A DNA stretch of 64,000 nt from Octopus sinensis (lineage: Eukaryota). Every line of letters begins with the position of its first letter. Positions within the stretch are counted from its first letter, which is position 1. The stretch is taken from positions 23,560,001 through 23,624,000 of the forward strand of contig NC_042999.1 of the NCBI RefSeq assembly GCF_006345805.1, in the 5' to 3' direction. Below, piece after piece: positions 51,085 to 62,900 of the stretch. The translations under genes and the position numbers were made by a program. The notes below the pieces were generated by a model that saw only the letters and a program-made list of their open reading frames with translations, did not search any database and was not told where the DNA came from.

Positions 51085-51620
51085 GGCGGCGAGCTGGCAC
51101 GCCAGGCGAAATTCTTAGCGGTATTTCGTCTGCCGTTACGTTCAGAGTTCAAATTCCGCCGAGGTCGACTTGATCTTTCATCCTTTCGGGGTCGATAAAT
51201 TAAGTACTAGTTACGCACTGGGGTCGATATAATCGACTTAATCTGTTGTGGGTAGTAAAGAAATAGAAATAGGTATTTCGTCTGCCGCTACGGTTTAAGT
51301 TCAAATTCCGTCGAGGTCGACTTTGCCTTTCATCCTTTGCGGGGTCGATAAATTAAGTACCAGTTACGCACTGGGGTCGATGTAATCGATATAATCCGTT
51401 TGTCTGTCCTTGTTTGTCCCCTCTATGTTTAGTCCCTTGTGGGTAATAAAGAAATAGGTATTTTGTCTGTCTACTTTCTGAGTTCCAATGTTGCCGGTGT
51501 CGGCTTTGCCTTTCATCCTTTCCAAATCGATAAAATAATTACCAGTTGAGTACTGGAGTCGATGAAAGCACTAGACACCTCCCCCTAAAATTCAGGCTTT
51601 GTGCCTATAGTAGGAAGAAT
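51085..51620 (+). mobile_element. SINE family A multimer
   Basis: Units rejoin at aaatag|gtattt (about 51270 and 51458). Confidence 0.85.
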
Positions 51621-52344
51621 ATTTTACGCCGTTGAATACATAAGCTTTGAATCCTTCTTAGACCATCTCTTTCATGTTACACTTGTGGATATTATTACCT
51701 TTTGTTCTATATAAGCTATTGACTTCATATGACACATCATGAAAAAAAGTCAAGTGTCAGATATGAAGACCCAGTTGAATATTCAACTGGTCCTCGTAAG
51801 TGATTGTAACATGTGTATGTTCTTCCTTATTATCTAAGTAAGATTTTGGGCCTATTTAATCCTTCACGAAGTATTCCTGCTGAAGCCATAATTCTTGGAT
51901 TAGAGTATTAAATATAAGGTCAATTTGCTACGGACCCAAACTTTTAGGCCACCAACCGGTGCAAGCTATCGCTTCTATCATAGATGTATAATACTTCATA
52001 TTCTTTAGATAATGTCTGCTGATTTTAACCCTATTTCACTTTTTCAGTTGAGAAGAGTTGCAACCTGCGAGATAAACTCCGAAGTCTATTTCCATCAACC
52101 CAAAACATATAAGCTGAAAGCTACAAAAATCAACTAGGAATCGAACGCAATACACTTATTGCACGTCATCAACGACTTTATGATGGCCTTGTTTGGCTGC
52201 ATATTTCGCCCTCGTCCCATCAAACGCTTAAGACCAAACGGTATTCTCACTGCTGGTGTTTGGCAGTAAAGCCTTCGTGACTAAGAGTTTCTTATAGTTT
52301 ATCTAGTTAACCCTTTGGCATCCTATTAAAAAAAAAACGATAAA

Positions 52345-52635
52345 CGTCGCCCTTTTCAAGCCTAGCCAGACTCATGGGCCCGGTTTCCCGGTTTCTGTGG
52401 CGTATGTGTTTCCCCCAGCTGGAAGAGACGCCAGTCCATCGCAGTGTTACTCAAGAACCAGGAAGAGAGAGTGAGAAAAAGTACAACAGGGGTTGCCACT
52501 ACCCCCTGCCGGAGCCTCGTGGAGCTTTTAGGTGTTTTCGCTCAATAAACACACATAACTCCCGGTCTGGGAATCGAAACCACGATCCTCCGACCGCGAG
52601 TCCGCTGCCCTAACCACTAGGCCATTGCGCCTCCT
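52345..52635 (-). mobile_element. SINE family D variant
   Basis: Matches 31689-31993 in reverse complement. Confidence 0.8.
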
Positions 52636-53236
52636 TGGCATTCTATTGGTATCGTTAATTCATTCCTTAAATTTAGCGATAGCATTTTAATTTTCATTTT
52701 AAACCCACCCAGTATTCATTAATTATAACCGCCTATATCACTATTTATCGAACTCAGCGTGCGCATTCAGGATCATGAGTAACCAGATACCTGTCTACTT
52801 ACAATTTCTGTATTAGTTCAGATCATAGACAATTTGTGTGGCCATCAACTCGAATTTATGGACATCCTGCCAAATCTCTAACCGTTTATCAAACAAAATT
52901 TCTACCTAAATACGATCTGGGTGTAATTTATCCCAGTCTGGATTATTGCATCCGTGACATCCACTCGATATCTATCTGATGATTAAGACATCCATCCCTT
53001 GAAGATTCAAGAGCCCCGCTGTTTCTCTTAATTCACTCCTTTCAAACAATACCATACAGGGACTAACTTGTCGTTCTAGTGTCCCAGTAACACTTATGAG
53101 CAAGGTATCCACTGCAATGTTTTGATGTGCTAAAGGTGGTAGGGTGGTAAAATCGTGAGATACTATGCTGCCTGGTACTTCTTTGGGCTCATTGCGTTTT
53201 GAGTTCGAATTTCACCAAGCTTTACTTCGCTTTTTA

Positions 53237-53655
53237 GGCGGCGAGCTGGCAGAACCGTTAGCACGCCGGGCGAAATGCGTAGCCGTATTTCGTCTGCCGT
53301 TACGTTCCGAGTTCAAATTCCGCCGAGGTCGACTTTGCCTTTCATCCTTTCGGGGTCGATTAAATAAGTACCAGCTACGCACTGGGGTCGATGTAATCGA
53401 CTTAATCCGTTTGTCTGTCCTTGTTTGTCCTCTCTGTGTTTAGCCCCTTGTGGGTAGTAAAGAAATAGGTATTTCGTCTATCTTTACGTTCTGAGTTCAA
53501 ATTTCGCCGAGGTCGACTTTGACTTTCCTCCTTTCGGGGTCGATAAATTAAGTACCAGTTACGCACTGGGGTCGGTATGATCGACTTAATCCGTTTGTCT
53601 GTCTTTGTTTGTCCCCCCCCCCTCTGTTTAGCCCCTTGTGGGTAGTAAAGAAACA
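53237..53655 (+). mobile_element. SINE family A dimer
   Basis: Full unit plus a headless unit joined at aaagaaatag|gtatttcgtc (~53470). Confidence 0.88.
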
Positions 53656-54774
53656 GATATCTAATGAAATGTTTTAGACGCCTGAAGACCGTTGTTCGAC
53701 TCTATTGAAGTACAAACGACAAACTGCTTTATGGCATAACACTGACTGTTATTCACGCCCTGGACCATCGATTTGCCGTTCAAGTGTAGAAAGGCTGTGC
53801 TGAACACGACCATTAATCTTCCTCACCCCTCCACAATAATGCAGTTGCTCCACTCAGCTAGTCGACTAAATGAGATGCAAAACTTGTAGTCAGTTAGAAG
53901 AGCACATGCGCATGCGTACTGGAAACTATACATGATGACGAACCGGCAAAATTGTTAGGGGCGTTTCTTCAAACTACTTACATTCTGATTTCAAATTCTG
54001 CAGACGTCAGCTTTGCTCTTCATCCTTCGTGGTCGATTAAATAAGTACCTGCTGAGCACTTCGATCGATGTAGTCCACAAGCCCATTCCGTATAAAAAAA
54101 AATTATTACCACCACCACTACCACTACCACTACCACTAATAATAATAATAATAATAATAATAATAAGGCGAGCTGGCAGAAACGTTAGCACGCTGGGCGA
54201 AATGCGTAGCCGTATTTCGTCTGCCGTTACGTTCTGAGTTCAAATTCCGCCGAGATTCGACGGGGTCGATTAAATAAGATCACGAGCAGAGATAGTGGTG
54301 GTGGTGGAGGGCATCATAGCCATGTGTTGAAAGCAATTTTGAGGGGATTTGAATAATTCCCCTCTGGAAGCATGGGTGTTTTATACACACACACACACAT
54401 ATATGGGTGCATATATATATATGTACACACACAAAGTAATACATCGCTTTACGAGACACCAGATTCACAAGCTTTTATGAGCGTTCTCCGGGAACGAATT
54501 AACTCGAATATCGAGGCATTACCGTGTTATGTATACATATATATAGAGAGAGTGCTGGTTCTATGCAAAAAGCACTTGTACCAGTGTCATGTAAACGCAG
54601 GTGCACAGGTGCTGCGTAAAAGCAACCACTATACTCTATAAAGTGGTTGGCGTTAGGAAAGGGTATCCATCCACAGAAAAAAAAAAACAGCCAAAAACAG
54701 ACATGGAATGTGGATAGCTCTTCAGTTGTGGTTACGTCTTGGCAAAAAATCCAACCAATGCCAGTGAACTGTCT

Positions 54775-55080
54775 TTTGCTAGGCTCAAATCTCGTTTGCA
54801 GACCCATGAAAAACGAACCTCCACCAATTATTCTGCCTATGTACCTGTGCACACCTGTCAATGCTGTGTATGCCATAAGGTCTGCAAAACTAACAGAGGT
54901 CTCAAAAGGCATTCTAAGATCCATAAAGATCAGAGCTTAACTGCAATTCTTGGTGGTCCAAATCAGATATGCAATCTATGTGGGTGTCTTTTCAAAACAT
55001 TGGTTTAAAAAGCCATGATAGATCTAAGGAGTAGCAAGTGCAAGAGGTGGTCAGACTCAGCATAAGGAGTAGACAACCAC
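54775..55080 (+). mobile_element. RTE-like LINE 3' end with tandem C2H2 fingers
   Basis: CCVCHKVCKTNRGLKRHSKIH..CNLCGCLFKTL.GLKSH (frameshifted), short UTR, then microsatellite; same architecture as 8820-9163. Confidence 0.6.
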
Positions 55081-55090
55081 CATATATATG

Positions 55091-55149
<59 letters not shown>

Positions 55150-55510
55150 GTATACTCTTTTACTTGTTTCAGTCATTTGACTGTGGCCATGCTGGAGCAC
55201 CACCTTTAGTCAACAAATCAACCCCAGGACTTATTCTTTGTAAGCCTAGTACTTATTCTATCAGTCTCTTTTGCCAAACCACTAGATTATGGGGGCATAA
55301 ACACACCAGCATTGGTTGTCAAGCGATGTTGGGGGGACAAACACCGACACACAAACATACATACGGCAGTTTCTGTCTACCAAATCCACTCGCAAGGCTT
55401 TGGTGGGCCTGATGCTATAGTAGAAGACACTTGCCCAAGGTGCCACGCAGTGGGACTGAACCCAGAACCATGTGGTTGGTAAGCAAGCTACTTACCACAC
55501 AGCCACTCCT
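55150..55510 (-). mobile_element. SINE family B
   Basis: Reverse-complement consensus match; another copy is at ~57560-57930. Confidence 0.85.
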
Positions 55511-55547
55511 ACATATATGGATATGTATATATATATACATATATATA

Positions 55548-55581
<34 letters not shown>

Positions 55582-56319
55582 GTATTTATTAGATCTCTGT
55601 AACAGAATGCAATGGTATTTCCTGATGAGCCATTGTGATCAGGCATCCATATGCACTTGAACATCCAAAGCCGAGTTCCAAATAACTGGGTAAATGTATA
55701 CGATTCTTATGTAATTTACCACATGTAACCATTTATGCTTTTAATGTAGCTCAAAGTGGAATTTTACTGAAACAATTGTAGCAAATATTGAACACATGCT
55801 ATAAGTGCTATCTTTGTCTTCATCAAAACACTGGTAATTTGAATGGAGAATTTTATATTTATTAAATAAATAAATAAAATATAAAATATACATAGATAAT
55901 GCTGTAATAAAAAAATACAAATATAAATAAATGCAAAAATTTCCCACCCAATAAACTATTATATATTAATTATTTGTACTTTAGCATTTTTTTATGTGTT
56001 GTGTCACACAATCTATACATACATAACTATATAAATATATTAAATACATGATTCCAGTATATATTTGAAAAGCAAAAACTGTTTACATTACTAATAAAAA
56101 ACATGCAAAGTGTTATGTTTGTCAGTGTGTGTGTATGTGTGTGTATACATATAACATTTTTTTGTTCAGCCCCACCCGCCAAAAAAAATCCTCAAAATTG
56201 CTTTGCAAAGTAATGAAAAAATTAAAACTTTTGATTCAGGAATTTCTTAGTAACAGCAAACCATTCAAGAATGGAACCGCTTTGCAGCATAACTTGGGAG
56301 ATTATTGTCTTTCACTCTT

Positions 56320-57225
56320 ATATGCCGGTGGCACATAAAAAACACCATTTGAGCTTTATCGTTACCTGCGTCGCCTTACTGGTACGTGAAAAAACATTCG
56401 GGCGATGTCATTGCCAGTGCTGCTGGACTGGCTCATGTGCAGGTGGCACATAAAAAACACCATTTGAGCATGGCCATTGCCAGTACTGCCTGACTGGCCT
56501 CTGTGCTGGTGGCACGTAAAATGCACCCACTACACTCTCGGAGTGGTTGGCGCTAGGAAAGGCATCCAGCTGTAGAAACTCTGCCAGATCAAGATTGGAG
56601 CCTGGTGCAGCCATCTGGTTCGCCAGACCTCAGTCAAATCATCCAACCCATGCTAGCATGGAAAGTGGACGTTAAATGATAATGATGATGATGTACACAC
56701 ATCATATATGCACAGCAACACTTGCTGGTTTAGTCGTTGTAGGTATAAAAGAAAATCTGCATGCAACATTATTATTAATGATCAATATCTGTTTGTAAAA
56801 GGACCCGGCATTATATAGATGATTGTGTCACACTGATATTTAGTGCTTGGTATAGCCATTTTGTCACCAGCATTTAAATGTTAATTTATTTAACATTGCC
56901 AGCCTCGCTTGGCCCCCATGCCGATGGCACGTAAAAGCACCATCCGTTTGTGGCCATTGCCAACCTCGCCTGGCCCCCGTGCCGGTGGCACGTAAAAGGC
57001 ACCATCCGTCCGTGGCCGTTTGCCAGCTCTGTCTGGCACCTGTGCGGGTGGCACGTAAAAAGCACCCACTACACTCATGGGGTGGTTGGCGTTAGGAAGG
57101 GCATCAAGCCGTAGAAACACTGCCAGATCAGACTGGAGCCTGATGCAGCCTTCTGGCTTCACAGACCCCAGTTGAACCGTCCAACCATGGTAGCATGGAA
57201 AGTGGACACTAAATGATGATGATGA
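56320..57225 (+). mobile_element. Two SINE family C copies with tandem ggtggcacgtaaaa modules and (GAT)n tails
   Basis: Copies at ~56320-56690 and ~56895-57225 end ggttggcgttaggaagggcatc..gcatggaaagtggac..atgatgatg; related fragments at ~54580-54775 and 63040-63680. Confidence 0.75.
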
Positions 57226-58379
57226 AGATGTTTTACTCCTTTAGCATTCAGATACATATTCTACCTGTTTTAGCGTTCATGCTGACCAGATCAGGCCTTT
57301 CACAACTACCCTGCAATGTCATATTAAACTTAAACAAATACATCATTGAATCAAAATCTCAAAGCTAAAAGATAATTGAAAAACAATGTAAATAAATGTT
57401 ATATTTGACAGTTAAGGGTTTTTACAATCTCTCCCTGATCCCACTTTTCTCTGTTTGTGTGAGAGCACATTTCTTTTTATGGGAGTGAAAAGAGGGAAAA
57501 GTGGTTGTGTCAGTTGTGCTCAATAGATATAATGCTTCTCTCTGCTTCTATTTGTATACTCTTTACTCGTTTACTCTTTTACTTGTTTCAGTCATTTGAC
57601 TGTGGCCATGCTGGAGCACCGCCTTTAGTCGAACAAATCGACCCCAGGACTTATTCTTTGTAAGCCTAGTACTTATTCTATCACTCTGTTTTGCCGAACC
57701 GCTAAGTTACAGGGACATAAACACACCAGCATCGGTTGTCTAGCGATGTTGGGTGGGAAAAAACACAGACGCACAAACACCACACACAAATATATACACA
57801 CATATATACGACAGGCTTCTTTCAGTTTCCCTCTCCCAAATCCACTCACAAGACTTTGGTTGGCCCAAGGCTATAGTAGAAATGCCACACAGTGGGACTG
57901 AACCCGGAACCATGTGGTTGGTAAGCAAGTATACATGTGCTTGTGTGCATCTGTATTCGTCTCCAAGGTCAAAAAAAAAATACTGTTGTCAAAACGAGCT
58001 GAATGTCCAGTCAGCTATACCAGATTGTCAACATTCAAACAGTTACACCAAGTCCTCTCATGCTCTAGTGCTCATGTCCTCATTTTCTTTCTACAGATCT
58101 GGAGGAAAGAGTGACAGACAGACTGGACAGCACTCTAATACTCAGACTAAAATGTTTCTTCTAATATACATGAGCCTCTTCAATTTAGGAATATTAAGCT
58201 CTTTGAGTAGCAACAAAGAGTTTTTAGAAGCTGGTAGTTAGATCCATTTCAAGGTATTAATAGAGTTGATTACTATAAAAACACCTGTTTCATAGAATAG
58301 TGTTTGTTTAGTAGAGGCATCAGTTCAGATTGGTCTGATAAGTAAGTGAACCAAGACATCATCACTTTATGCCTAAGAT

Positions 58380-58625
58380 CTATTTACGACGATTTCATCT
58401 CAATCGAAGGAGAGGGGCTTTCTCCGTCCGGGTTGCGGATCCGTGGAATAAGCTGCCAGACGAGATAGTGAAGATGCCAACAACCGCTCGGTTCAAAGTC
58501 TCTCTTGACCAGAAATGGCCTGAACTCTTTGTATGACCATCCTCCCTGTACATAACTCCCTGTCCCCCTACATGGCCTTGCTTTTGCTTTTTGAGCCAAT
58601 AAAAACTGAAATGAATTGAATTGCA
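58380..58625 (+). mobile_element. CR1/L2-like LINE 3' end
   Basis: LRRFHLNRRRGAFSVRVADPWNKLPDEIVKMPTTARFKVSLDQKWPELFV*, with aataaaa and an (ATTGA)-like tail. Confidence 0.8.
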
Positions 58626-59229
58626 TTATTAGGACTGTTTGACAAGATTCAATGCATCAGAGGACAATATTTTGCGCTAGCAATTAATTCTTCACATAGA
58701 AATCTGTGGTTAGATACTTTCCAACACCAACCACTTAACAGAAGGTATTGGGTGCATTTTTTTTTATTCATGGCACCACACCTATAGGGTTTACCTTGTA
58801 CTCAGCAATGCTAAAGAGCTTGCTAAATCCCTGTGTTATTGCTGCTCGAATTAATTACCAATCACTTCAAGTGTACTGGGTGCTTTTGTGGCACCAAAAT
58901 TGCATGAGAGTTCTGCATGATGGAAGGAACATATTTATTGCCAGAGAGAGAGCAATGGAGAGAATGAATAATAGAGAACTTATCTTCGCAAAAACAAAGT
59001 TTACTAAGTGTTCTTCCTACAAATGAAGCAAAACACTTGAGATTTCAACTGACCCAAATATTTTAAGCAGGCATTTGGTCAAAAAGTTTGGGAAAAATTT
59101 ATTTACACAGACTGATGTGTATATGTGTGTGCATATGTGTGTAGATAACTCTCATACATTACCCACTTGGCCATCTCATTTCCCCAAATGTTTATGATTC
59201 CTGTATTAGAAAGTCTTTAATCATTTCAG

Positions 59230-59889
59230 AATAAGAGATCTGGTTTTGTTTACAGGCTCAGGTAACACGACAGAGTTGGTTGTAGATTATCTGTTGTCCA
59301 GTTTATAAAAGGTACAACTCCACTCTCTCCAGCACAGTCTACATCTTCAACCAATTTCTAAGATTGAGAACAACAATGATGATGATGATGATGATGATGT
59401 CAGTATATGTACATTCAACATTAGAAAATTTCAGATATTGTTTTTTTTATCTGAATGGACCTGCATGCAGTGTATGCAAAGGAAAAAAATGCAAGGAGCA
59501 ACCTAAGATGTATTTTAATTGTGTAATATAAATGAATGTTTTATAAAACCATTTTGACTATGTAATGGTTCTTGATAACAGGTTTTATTCTGATAACAAC
59601 TGCTAGTTCAATACTTAGACTAGCAATGATTAGTCTTCGTTTGTTTTTTAACTTCCATGTTGAAACTGTTTTAGTTTCAACACATGGTCTCAAATAGAAT
59701 TCACATGGCTGGCAAGTACATCTCTGAGGATGTGTGCTTGAGTGTGAAATGTCACAAAAAGGTAATTTAAGGAATCCTTCTTTGCAGTTGTATGTACATA
59801 CTTCTCGTCAATATATTTCTGTTGATTTGGCAACAAATCTTTGCATGCTGGAATTTGGCAGAAGTTCAGCTGATGCTCAGAGTGGTAAC
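59230..59889 (-). pseudogene. Possible decayed Cys-rich (TNFR-like) membrane receptor exons
   Basis: Acceptor tctttattcag at 59890 and donor GTGAAT at 59704 define a 185-nt exon; one extra base would give a phase 1-1 Cys-rich module. Acceptor at 59461 continues CPFR*KKQYLKFSNVEC then a hydrophobic run. Confidence 0.35.
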
Positions 59890-59946
59890 CTGAATAAAGA
59901 GAAATGTAATATATTATAAAATATTCATATTTTATATCTCTGAAGA

Positions 59947-60009
59947 GCAGAAGAGTTGTCTATAAATGCTTATCAATATACAATTTCATTATAGGAACAA
60001 CTCTTCTGC
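59947..60009. other. 63-nt hairpin, pre-miRNA-like geometry
   Basis: gcagaagagttgt (59947-59959) pairs perfectly with acaactcttctgc (59997-60009), followed by ~8 more pairs with small bulges and an ~18-nt loop. Confidence 0.55.
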
Positions 60010-60278
60010 GAAACGATCATAAGATGCTTTAAATAATTAATTCAAAACTTTTAAACTATCAAATTTATTTTAAACATTATTTTTATATTTTTATATTTAT
60101 TTATTTTATATATATTTTAAATGCAATAAGTTCTTTCACATGGGTATATCTTTATGGTGAGTTTGGATATTAATTTCCTTATATTAATAATAATAATAAT
60201 AATATATTATTAAAAGATATATGTATTCATAAATACATGTATATTACATGTACATTTCTTATTTGTGTGTGATGATTA

Positions 60279-60443
60279 AGGCTACCATTGGTTTCAGGTT
60301 AAGAAAAATATCTTAATTTTTCATGCCAATCACATGGAGGGATGATGTTCATCTCCATTTTGGAAGACCATGGAGATATGATTGGTTTGAAAAATTGTTA
60401 CTATATTAAGATATTTTTCTTAACATGAAACCAATGATAGCCT
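60279..60443. repeat. 165-nt fold-back inverted repeat
   Basis: aggctaccattggtttcaggttaagaaaaatatcttaat versus attaagatatttttcttaacatgaaaccaatgatagcct (2 mismatches), plus an inner stem tttttcatgccaatca / tgattggtttgaaaaa. Confidence 0.8.
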
Positions 60444-60489
60444 CAATACAAAAATAAAGACATTTTATCTACCAATGAAGTGTTGAGCA

Positions 60490-61195
60490 CGCATTCTTAT
60501 TGTTTGATGTTTAAGGTATATAAGAGATGCCACGACAATTTAGTAAGGCTTGTCCATCGGACACTTTGCAACAAGTATGGACTTGACAGAGCAAAAAATC
60601 GGTACAATCATAAACCCGAAGACATCATCAAAAATGATAATGCAATGATCCTGTGGGATTTTATGATCCAGTGCGACCATGAGATAGAGAATAGGAAGCT
60701 AGACATAGTCTTAATTGAGAAAGAAAGCAAACTATGCTGGATCATAGATATAGCATGCCCAGCTGACAGCAAGGTATGCGATGAGGAAGAAAGAAACGTC
60801 GATAGGTATGATAGGTTAGCTTGGGAGGTTAAGCAGTTGTGGTCGATGGAAAAGGTGGTAGTAGTACCAATAATTGTTGAAGCCCTAGTCTTAATTGAGA
60901 AAGAAAGCAAACTATGCTGGATCATAGATATAGCATGCCCAGCTGACAGCAAGGTATGCGATGAGGAAGAAAGAAAAGTCGATAGGTATGATAGGTTAGC
61001 TTGGGAGGTTAAGCAGTTGTGGTCGATGGAAAAGGTGGTAGTAGTACCAATAATTGTTGAAGCCCTGGGAACAGCGAGAAAAATTCTTGAGAAGTAAATG
61101 GAACAAATAGGGGCTGCAATAAGGGTGGAGCGCTTGCAGAAAACAGCACTGCTTGGAACCGCTCGAATATTCTGGAAGGTGCTTGAAAAATGAGA
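60490..61195 (+). mobile_element. R4/Dong-type LINE 3' end (RLE domain) with an internal 180-bp tandem duplication
   Basis: RCHDNLVRLVH..ILWDF..KLDIV..IIDIACP..LQKTALLGTARI; 60706-60885 is repeated at 60886-61065. Confidence 0.88.
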
Positions 61196-61246
61196 GGTGT
61201 TAATAATAAGAAGAAAAAGAAGAATGATAATGATGATGATAATTAC

Positions 61247-61351
61247 CTTGCAGGATGATGAACAGCTGTATGTGATTTTAAAGTTCTTGACTGACAAAAA
61301 CCTTTCCCACAAATTTCACAAATAAATGGTTTTTTCTCTTGATGAGTATAT
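61247..61351 (-). CDS. Osr: Odd-skipped-related C2H2 transcription factor, exon encoding finger 3
   Basis: Acceptor ttctcaccag at 61352; 105-nt phase 2-2 exon (K)[34 protein letters not shown](R); GTAATT donor at 61246, or read-through to TAA at 61243-61245. [10 protein letters not shown] is the Odd/Osr finger-3 signature. Confidence 0.9.
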
Positions 61352-61489
61352 CTGGTGAGAATACAAAATTAAATGGTAAATAAATATGCTTATTTATAGA
61401 CACAGTACAATATACAAACTCGTGCACATAAGACACACACAGAGGCACAAATGCAAAATGTATGTATATACAGGGATTACATACCTGGG

Positions 61490-61559
61490 AGGGGAGAGAG
61501 AGAGAGAGAGAGAGAGGGAAACATGGTAAGAGACAGAGACAGAATGAAACGCAGAAACT

Positions 61560-61612
<53 letters not shown>

Positions 61613-61806
61613 AACATAGAAGAAGAGACAGACAGACAGACAGAAAGAAACAGGAGAGACAGACAGACTGAAACACAGATAGAGAGAGAGAGAGAGATAG
61701 ATAGAGAGAGAGAGAGGGAGAGAGAGAGAAACACAGAAACAGAGAGAAAGAGACAGACAGACAGACTGAAACAGAGAAACTGAGAGAAAGAGAAAGAGAT
61801 AGATAG

Positions 61807-61885
<79 letters not shown>

Positions 61886-62062
61886 TAAGAGACAGAGACA
61901 GACTGAAATACAGAAGCACAGAGAGAAAAAGAGAGAGAGAGAGAGAGAGAGAAACACAAAAACAAAGAGAGAGATGGACAGGCAGACAGTAAGAAACAGA
62001 AAGAGGTAGTGACAGACAGACAGACTGAAACACATGAGACAGAGAGAGAGAGAGAGAGAAAT
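61490..62062. repeat. (GA)n/(GACA)n/(GATA)n compound microsatellite in the Osr intron
   Basis: Direct reading; source of the SL/ER ORFs. Confidence 0.95.
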
Positions 62063-62256
62063 CTAATAGGCTTTTCCATGTCAACTGAACACCTCATATA
62101 TTATAACCATTCCAGAAATATAATGTTGACATAAACATTGATGTCTTAAGTCTAGCATTACAATCGTTTATATATATATATATATATATTTAAAAAAAAA
62201 AACAATTTAATTATGTATTTGTGTTTCATGGCAATTAACATTCTGTATCAACTTAC

Positions 62257-62412
62257 TTGTGATCTCGAAGGTGATCTCGCCGACGGAACCATTTCAAGCA
62301 CTTATCACACTGATAAGGACGTTCATCTGTATGTGTTCTCACGTGGATATTTCGGTTGTAAGCTTTGGTGAAACTTCGTTGGCAATACTGACAAATGTAT
62401 ACTCGTTTCTCA
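62257..62412 (-). CDS. Osr: Odd-skipped-related C2H2 transcription factor, exon encoding fingers 1-2
   Basis: Acceptor ttttatttttacag at 62413 and donor GTAAGT at 62256; 156-nt phase 2-2 exon [51 protein letters not shown](K), splicing in frame to 61351. Matches the Odd pattern [30 protein letters not shown]. Confidence 0.92.
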
Positions 62413-62484
62413 CTGTAAAAATAAAATGAGTAGAAATTCAATAAATATGACTGTGTGTTTCATGATGTTTGTTTTCGGTAAGTA

Positions 62485-62900
62485 ACTTTCTTATTTATTT
62501 ATTGCCCACAAGGAGCTAAACATAGAGGGGACAAACAAGGACAGACAAACAGATTAAGTCGATTACACCAACCCCAGTGCATAACTGGTACTTAATTTAT
62601 CGACCCCCGAAAGGATGAAAGGCAAAGTCGACCTCAGCGGAATTTGAACTCAGAACGCAGCAGCGGACGAAATACCACAAAGCATTTCACCCGGCGTGCT
62701 AACGTTTCTGCCAAGCTCGCTGCCTTGTTACTTGGGTAAATAACTTTCTAATTTATCGAACCCGGAAGGATGAAAGGCAAAGTAGACCTTGGCGTAATTT
62801 GAACTCAGAATGCAGCAGCAGACGAAATACCACAAAGCATTTCACCTGGCGTGCTAACGTTTCTGCCAGCTTGCCACCTTGTTACTTGGGTAAATAACTT
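62485..62900 (-). mobile_element. SINE family A, full copy plus a duplicated head half
   Basis: 62600-62750 is repeated at ~62755-62900. Confidence 0.85.

Noticed and set aside
52640-53150. Possible old retroelement coding remnant
   Set aside because: I could not recover any diagnostic motif, so it is left unannotated.
55621-55660. CTGATGA motif as a hammerhead core
   Set aside because: No GAAA after a stem II.
58097-58233. Plus-strand candidate exon with signal-peptide-like MFLLIYMSLFNLGILSSLSS
   Set aside because: Acceptor and donor are plausible, but I found no downstream exon that keeps a frame open; such short hydrophobic frames are common in AT-rich DNA.
59550-59889. Two in-frame TGA codons read as selenocysteine or edited to Trp
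   Set aside because: A single 1-nt frameshift explains the pattern more simply, and I saw no SECIS or editing evidence.
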